Part shown: one piece after another, positions 58,618-64,000 of the stretch
Layout: each line of letters opens with the position of its first letter
How positions within the stretch are numbered: the stretch's first letter is position 1
Origin: an uncultured Verrucomicrobiae bacterium
Lineage (GTDB): Bacteria > Verrucomicrobiota > Verrucomicrobiia > Chthoniobacterales > UBA10450
DNA: 64,000 nt
Assembly: GCA_963834385.1 (NCBI GenBank)
Contig: CAWIBO010000002.1
Coordinates: 896,001 to 960,000, forward strand
Direction: 5' to 3'
The notes under the pieces: model-generated
Told to the model about the DNA's origin: nothing
Database searches by the model: none
The model's input: the letters and a program-made list of their open reading frames with translations, nothing else
Program-made: the position numbers and the translations under genes

Positions 58618-59529
58618 ATGCTGCAAACATTCGACCCGCGGAATCGCGACCTGATCATCAACCTAAATGGAGAACTGCTCCATCGTGACAAGGCCGGGAT
58701 CAGTCCGTTTGATTCCGCCGTGCAGGGGGGCGACGCCGTTTGGGAAGGGCTCCGACTTTATCGGGGACGCATTTTCAAGCTGACCGAGCACCTCGCGCGG
58801 CTGCGGGCCTCCGCGGAAGCGCTCGCTTTCACCGCGATCCCGGCCGACGCCGCCATCATCGAAGAGATCAGGCGCACCCTGGCGGCGAACAGGATGTTCG
58901 ACGGCGTTCATCTCCGGCTTACCCTGACCCGCGGGAAAAAGATCACCTCCGGGATGGATCCGCGTCTCAACCAGGACGGGCCGACGCTGATCGTCCTCGC
59001 GGAACACAAGGCGCCCGTCTACGCGAAAACAGGATTGTCGCTGGTGACCAGCCGGATTCGCCGGCCACCGCCCGAGGTGCTCGACCCGCGGATTCATCAC
59101 GCCAACCTCCTTAACTCCATCCTGGCCAAGGTCGAGGCCAACCAGGCGGGCGCGGACGACGCTCTCATGCTCGATCTGCGCGGCTTCGTCGCGGAAACAA
59201 ACGCGACCCATCTTTTCCTTGTTCGCGGAAGCGAGGTCGCGACCCCGTTTGTGCGGGCCTGCCCGGATGGGATCACGCGGGCCACCGTCCTGGAGATCTG
59301 CCGGGAACACGATATTCCCTGCCGCGAAGCCAACCTTCGACCGGAGGAGTTCCGCGAAGCGGACGAGGTTTTTTGCACCGGCACGATGGGCGAACTGGCG
59401 GGCGTGACGCGTCTTGATGGTCGCGCGATCGGCGATGGCAAAGTTGGGCCGGTGACAAAACGGTTAAGCGACCTTTACGCCGCACGCACTGCCCGGGAGG
59501 GAACAGAAGTTGCCCCGGAGAAACCCTGA
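58618..59529 (+). CDS. Class IV aminotransferase
   Basis: GDAVWEGLR, HLARL, ANLLNSILAK, DDALML, GITR, ADEVFCTGT. Confidence 0.92.
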   Translation: MLQTFDPRNRDLIINLNGELLHRDKAGISPFDSAVQGGDAVWEGLRLYRGRIFKLTEHLARLRASAEALAFTAIPADAAIIEEIRRTLAANRMFDGVHLRLTLTRGKKITSGMDPRLNQDGPTLIVLAEHKAPVYAKTGLSLVTSRIRRPPPEVLDPRIHHANLLNSILAKVEANQAGADDALMLDLRGFVAETNATHLFLVRGSEVATPFVRACPDGITRATVLEICREHDIPCREANLRPEEFREADEVFCTGTMGELAGVTRLDGRAIGDGKVGPVTKRLSDLYAARTAREGTEVAPEKP

Positions 59530-59544
59530 AACCCATTCAGGCGG

Positions 59545-60315
59545 CTAGGATTCTGTCCCGAAAACCGTTTGGGCCGCCTGACGCAATGCGCCCATCATCT
59601 CGCGGTAAGGCCCGGGCCCATGGCTGAGACGCGCCACCCCCAGCCGGGCCAGGTCGGCCACCGAGGGCGTTTGCGCGGACATGTAGATGTTTACCGGCAA
59701 CGGGCAGGCGGTGCAGAGCCGGCCGATCAGGACGGGATCGGCCAGTCCGGGAACAAAAAAGCCGCTGGCCCCGGCGCCGGCATAGGCGCGGGCGCGCTCC
59801 AGCGCCTCTTCCATCAGGACTTCCGCGGGCGCCCCTCCCTGAAGAAAAAGATCGGTGCGCGCGTTGATAAAAAAGGAAGTTCCCGCCGCCGCGCGCATCG
59901 CGGCAATCCGGGCACACTGATCGTCGGTCGCGTGGATCCCGTCGCTGCCGATCTTCCCATCCTCGAAATTACAACCGACCGCACCGGTGTCGCAGAGTCG
60001 CCTGGTGTTCCCGCCCACGCCGGCGGGGCTCGTCGCGTAGGCGCCCTCGAAATCGATGGAAACGGGCAGCTCCACCGCCGCGACAATGCGCCGGGCGTTT
60101 TCCAGGACAAGCTCGAGCGGAATCTTCTCGCCGTCCGCGAAGCCGAAGGCGGCCGCGACTGACCAGCTTCCGGTCGCAAGGGCGCGCGCACCGGCCTCCG
60201 CCACGATGCGGGCGCTGCCCGGGTCCCAGATGTTGAAAAGAATCAGGGGATCGCCCCGTTTATGCAGCGCGGCGAACCGCTGCCCCGGGTCCACCTCTTG
60301 CGGGCGGGCGGCCAT
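59545..60315 (-). CDS. Isocitrate lyase / PEP mutase family protein
   Basis: NIWDPGSA, ATGS, SIDFEGAY, NFEDG, INARTD, AGASGFFVPG. Confidence 0.9.
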   Translation of the reverse strand: MAARPQEVDPGQRFAALHKRGDPLILFNIWDPGSARIVAEAGARALATGSWSVAAAFGFADGEKIPLELVLENARRIVAAVELPVSIDFEGAYATSPAGVGGNTRRLCDTGAVGCNFEDGKIGSDGIHATDDQCARIAAMRAAAGTSFFINARTDLFLQGGAPAEVLMEEALERARAYAGAGASGFFVPGLADPVLIGRLCTACPLPVNIYMSAQTPSVADLARLGVARLSHGPGPYREMMGALRQAAQTVFGTES

Positions 60316-62088
60316 TTACGAAGGCGAAGGGACGCCGATGCTGCGGCCAGCGGCGGATTCCGTGTGCTGGATCTGCATCCCGACGATGCAAACGTCGTCC
60401 GAGAAATTTTCGCTCTGCGAATACCTGCGGATGTCAGTCACGACCTGCTCGAAAAACTGTTCGGGCGGCAGCGCCGCGTGGCGCGCCACCGTGACTTCGA
60501 GTTGCGCCTCGTCGAACGAGGCTCCCGTGGCATTTTCCACCTCAAAAAGTCCGTCGGTGAAAAGCATCACAAGGTCGCCCGTGGCCATGGGCCGGGTGCA
60601 GGTGGCGTAGGAAGCGCCGGCAAAGATTCCCATGGCCGGCCCGCGGGCGTCCTTGCCCTCGAGCCGTTCCACGAGCGAACGGCTCCGGCGAAGATGGAGC
60701 GCGGTCGGATGCCCGGCATTGGCAAAATGAAGCTGGCCCCGCTCGACGTCGGCCACGACATAAAAACAGGTCGCGAACATGGTCGTGCCGGCCTGCTTAA
60801 AAATCACCGCGAGCGCCTTGTTAATCCGGGTCAGCAGCCTGCCCGGGTCGTGGGCCAGCTCGGAATGCTCGTCGATCAGGCCCCGGATCATCCCGGTAAC
60901 AAGAGCGGAACGCACCCCGTGCCCCATGACATCGCAGATCAGAACGCCGGCGGCATTTCGGCCCACAGGAAAAATGCTGAAGAAATCGCCACTGACATCA
61001 CCCGTGGGGAAATAGAGACTGACAAAGCGCAGGGCGCTCTGGTCAGGCGCGGCCCCGGGGGGAATGCCGGGGAATTGCTGGGGCAGGAGCGCGACCTGGA
61101 GTTCACGCGCCATCTGCAGTTCCTCCTCCATTTGCCGATTCTTTTCGCGCAACTCCTGGGTGCGTTCGGCCACGCGCTGTTCGAGTTGCGCGTTAAGCGC
61201 GATCAACTCCGCCTGGGCGGCGTTGCGCGCCGCCTCGGCCCGGTCAATGCGGTCGCCCACCAGGCGCGAGACCTGGGTGACGATGGCGGTGAAGACGAAA
61301 ACAAAGGCGAGCGCGCTGAGGGCTGAGTAGAGGGCCGGGTTGACCCGGAGCCGTTCCATCACGGAAACACCGATCCACCCGCTGAGGAGGGTCACGGCGA
61401 TGACGACCGGAATGAAAGCGCGCAAAAGCAGCGCGCTGGTGGAATCGCCCAGGAACCGGCGCAATGGCCAGGCCCATGGGCCGGCCGCCCCGACCAAGGC
61501 GAGACCGCAAAGAAAAAACCCGCACGCGGTTGAGAGGGCGACTGGAATGATGGTGCCGCCATAAAGAAGCGGGGTCCCGTACCAATAACCGACCAGGACA
61601 ACCGCGCTGATGACGACGGTAAGCGCACCCAGGATACCCGCTGATCGCCGGACGGCCGGAAGGGTGAGCGCCAGCAGACCAAATCCGCTGAAAAGAAACG
61701 TCAGCGCCGTCATCGGCGCCATCCGACCGGTGGGCACGGCGCCGAACATCTCCGGGTTTCGCACAAACCACGCGTCGATCCCGAAGTGATAACCGCCCAT
61801 GAACTCAATCAGCTTGGTCAGCCCGACAACCAACACGGCGCTGGCGAGCAATCGTGGAAAGAGCCGGGGAGTGATCCCGCGTGCAAAAAGAATCAGCCCG
61901 ACCCCGAGGAGGGTGAAGCAAAGCGCGGTGCTCGGCGCCATCGGGATGTAACGGGCGCGCACGCTCGCCAGCAGGGGCAGCCCCGAGATCCAGCCGATAA
62001 AAGTCAGGCAGGCAAAAACGAGCGTGAGCGAAGCACACCCCAGGGCGATGCTGCGATACCAGCCTCTGGGTGCCGTCTCGTCGGGCAT
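60316..62088 (-). CDS. Membrane sensor with SpoIIE/PP2C phosphatase domain
   Basis: About 8 TMs, coiled coil, SGDFF, CDVMGHG, NAGH, FTDGL, DDVC. Confidence 0.9.
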   Translation of the reverse strand: MPDETAPRGWYRSIALGCASLTLVFACLTFIGWISGLPLLASVRARYIPMAPSTALCFTLLGVGLILFARGITPRLFPRLLASAVLVVGLTKLIEFMGGYHFGIDAWFVRNPEMFGAVPTGRMAPMTALTFLFSGFGLLALTLPAVRRSAGILGALTVVISAVVLVGYWYGTPLLYGGTIIPVALSTACGFFLCGLALVGAAGPWAWPLRRFLGDSTSALLLRAFIPVVIAVTLLSGWIGVSVMERLRVNPALYSALSALAFVFVFTAIVTQVSRLVGDRIDRAEAARNAAQAELIALNAQLEQRVAERTQELREKNRQMEEELQMARELQVALLPQQFPGIPPGAAPDQSALRFVSLYFPTGDVSGDFFSIFPVGRNAAGVLICDVMGHGVRSALVTGMIRGLIDEHSELAHDPGRLLTRINKALAVIFKQAGTTMFATCFYVVADVERGQLHFANAGHPTALHLRRSRSLVERLEGKDARGPAMGIFAGASYATCTRPMATGDLVMLFTDGLFEVENATGASFDEAQLEVTVARHAALPPEQFFEQVVTDIRRYSQSENFSDDVCIVGMQIQHTESAAGRSIGVPSPS

Positions 62089-62193
62089 GGCCCAGTGTCG
62101 GCCAATCCCGGATTCTGTCCAAATCTAACGCACCCGGCCAGGAAGGACCCTCTCCCGCGTTTCAAAAGTGTGAAGAACAGCGGTCTGAAGGGA

Positions 62194-62844
62194 ATGGCAG
62201 CGGCCCGCAGAAAGTTTCTGCGTTATTTTCCCGGGGGTTTTCGCGATGAGACCTACCTCGACTGGGAACGCGGCTACAAATGGGAGAGCCACGAACGCTG
62301 GGAGGAGGCGCTCGGGCGCGACACGTTCCGGCGGCTCCTCGCCGAGGGGAAACATGGGGAGATCGCAGCGCGCGCCGTGCGCACCGAACAACGCGCGCGG
62401 CACAGCATGATCTTTTCCTTCGAGAAAATGGCGCTGCGCGACGCCGTGAAACCAGCCGCCGGGGCCCGGCTTTTCGCCACCGGTCTCTACGAGTTTTTGC
62501 ATGGTCGCGGGGACGAGGAAAGCCGGTTCACCGCCTGGGTGGAGACGGTGGCCCGCCTGCCCCGCCGCCAGACACGCGTGCTGACCTGGCCGCTTGTCAC
62601 GGTCTGGGGTTTCCTGGCCCAGCCTGACCGGCATTTCTTTCTGAAGCCAAACGTGACCCGGGCGGCGGCGCGGGCCTGCGGCTTCGCCCTGGATTACCGT
62701 TCCCGCCCGAACTGGGCCACCTACGCGAGCCTGCTCGATTTTGCCCGCCGGCTCCGAAGCGATCTGCGGGATTTGCGGCCGCGTGACATGATCGATCTGC
62801 AATCCTTCGCCTGGGTGCAGGGATCGGACGAATATCCCGGCTAA
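62194..62844 (+). CDS. Conserved hypothetical protein
   Basis: Host-like codon use; FPGGF.D.TY..WERGYK, LTWPLVT, LKP, DMIDLQSF.W. Confidence 0.7.
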   Translation: MAAARRKFLRYFPGGFRDETYLDWERGYKWESHERWEEALGRDTFRRLLAEGKHGEIAARAVRTEQRARHSMIFSFEKMALRDAVKPAAGARLFATGLYEFLHGRGDEESRFTAWVETVARLPRRQTRVLTWPLVTVWGFLAQPDRHFFLKPNVTRAAARACGFALDYRSRPNWATYASLLDFARRLRSDLRDLRPRDMIDLQSFAWVQGSDEYPG

Positions 62845-63611
62845 AGAAGTTTCCCGGCCACCTCGGCGAGCGATCGGCCGGAAACATCCGGCTGGCGCAT
62901 GGCGGGCGAGACGCGCGGTTGTTTGCGCGCGAGATAACCGGTCTTCAGGCCGGCGCCGGCCGCCCCGGCAATGTCCCAGCCGTGGGCCGCGATAAGGGCC
63001 AGCTCGCCGGGCGAGACCGCAAGTGTCCTGGCGGCGTGGTGATAAACGGCCGCCGCCGGCTTCCATTGTTTCACCTCGTCGATGGCAATGAACTTCTCGA
63101 TCGCTTCCTCGATCCCGGCGTTCCGAAACATCTGGCGGGTGGTGTCGGCGCTGCCGTTGGTAAGACAGGCCACGCGGACGTTGTTCTTCCGGAGGAACTC
63201 AATTCCTTCCCTCACATCCTCGTGCAACGGCAGGGAGGCAAAGGCGCTGATGACCTTTTGCATCGTTTCCGGCACCGCGGGCAGATTGTTCTCCAGTAAA
63301 AGCACCTCCAGCGTCCCGGTGGCGATCTCGCCAAACGGTCGGTAGGTGCCGATGACCTGCAAAGCGAAAGCATCGCGCAAAACGCGCGGGAACCAGACCT
63401 GAAGAGAACCCTCCGGCAAACCCAGCGCCTGCAGCTTCTGCTCAAGCGGCGTGATGTCGAAAAGAGTCTCGATGACGTCGAGAACAACGGCTTTGGTTTT
63501 CATAGGTTCGGTTTTGGGAGAGGCGGCGAAGACCGGGCGAGGCGAGATGATCAGGCTGCCGCCGGCGAGGGCGAGGAGGCGAAGATATTTTCGGCGAGTC
63601 AGGCGCAACAT
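62841..63611 (-). CDS. Haloacid dehalogenase type II-like protein with putative Tat signal
   Basis: LDVIETLFD, LTNG, WKP...VY, AAHGWDIAGA; N-terminal TRRKYL followed by a hydrophobic stretch. Confidence 0.85.
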   Translation of the reverse strand: MLRLTRRKYLRLLALAGGSLIISPRPVFAASPKTEPMKTKAVVLDVIETLFDITPLEQKLQALGLPEGSLQVWFPRVLRDAFALQVIGTYRPFGEIATGTLEVLLLENNLPAVPETMQKVISAFASLPLHEDVREGIEFLRKNNVRVACLTNGSADTTRQMFRNAGIEEAIEKFIAIDEVKQWKPAAAVYHHAARTLAVSPGELALIAAHGWDIAGAAGAGLKTGYLARKQPRVSPAMRQPDVSGRSLAEVAGKLL

Positions 63612-63707
63612 GACAGAAAGGTAATCGTGGATGGCCGGGGAGACGTTTGCATCCATGACCACGTCCCCGGACGTTTCATGGGAGAGTCAGCGAAAGGAAA
63701 ATCTCTT

Positions 63708-64000
63708 ATGTCGAAATCAGCTTTTGTCATCCTGGCGGCGGGCGATACGCCGGAAAGCCTAGGCCGTGTCGTAAACGCTTTCATGGCAGCCTATGAGTAC
63801 GCCCAGGAAAGCGGCGGCGAAGCGAAGATCATCTTCGACGGGGCCGGGACCATGGCCGCGGCGGCCTTCGCAAAGAAGGACCACAAATATCAATGATCTC
63901 TTCGAGAAGGTGCGCGGACAGATCGAGGGCGCCTGCAGCTACTGCGCGAACGCGTATGAAGTGACTGACAAGGTGAAGGAGGCAAAGATCCCCCTCATCG
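63708..64000 (+). CDS. DsrE-like protein (frameshift near 63892; runs off window)
   Basis: AAAGGA RBS; GRVVNAF, IIFDGAGT, then DLFEKV...GACSYCANAY in the +1 frame. Confidence 0.75.

Noticed and set aside
63894..63896. Selenocysteine/readthrough TGA in the DsrE-like gene
   Set aside because: The protein-like sequence (DLFEKV...CSYC) continues in a different frame, so this is a frameshift rather than recoding.

Overview
High-GC bacterial chromosomal window, most consistent with Verrucomicrobiota (Chthoniobacterales-like). This is an inference from the duplicated C-terminal 'NISTR' domain, the PGNL-type EF-P and the repeat families. It carries housekeeping operons (gap-pgk-tpiA, PTS IIA-argS, efp, a full Moco operon, 2-oxoacid:ferredoxin oxidoreductase alpha/beta), envelope and glycosylation genes, treY, and an accessory right half (GGR/GT-C/UbiA/TMTC cluster, DUF4386 pair, REP-flanked P450+glycosyltransferase). 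Many single-base frameshifts point to uncorrected long-read errors. The most striking non-gene structure is a system of hairpin elements built from short-period (6-9 nt) tandem repeats, duplicated as ~145-160 bp units and sitting right after stop codons in or beside highly expressed operons. One copy carries a four-helix-bundle (IVS/Avd-like) gene; the others are empty. Also notable: a doubly truncated padR-ADOP permease fragment lodged directly upstream of the PTS IIA gene, and REP-like inverted repeats bracketing cargo genes. No rRNA, tRNA, CRISPR array, transposase or integrase was recognised.
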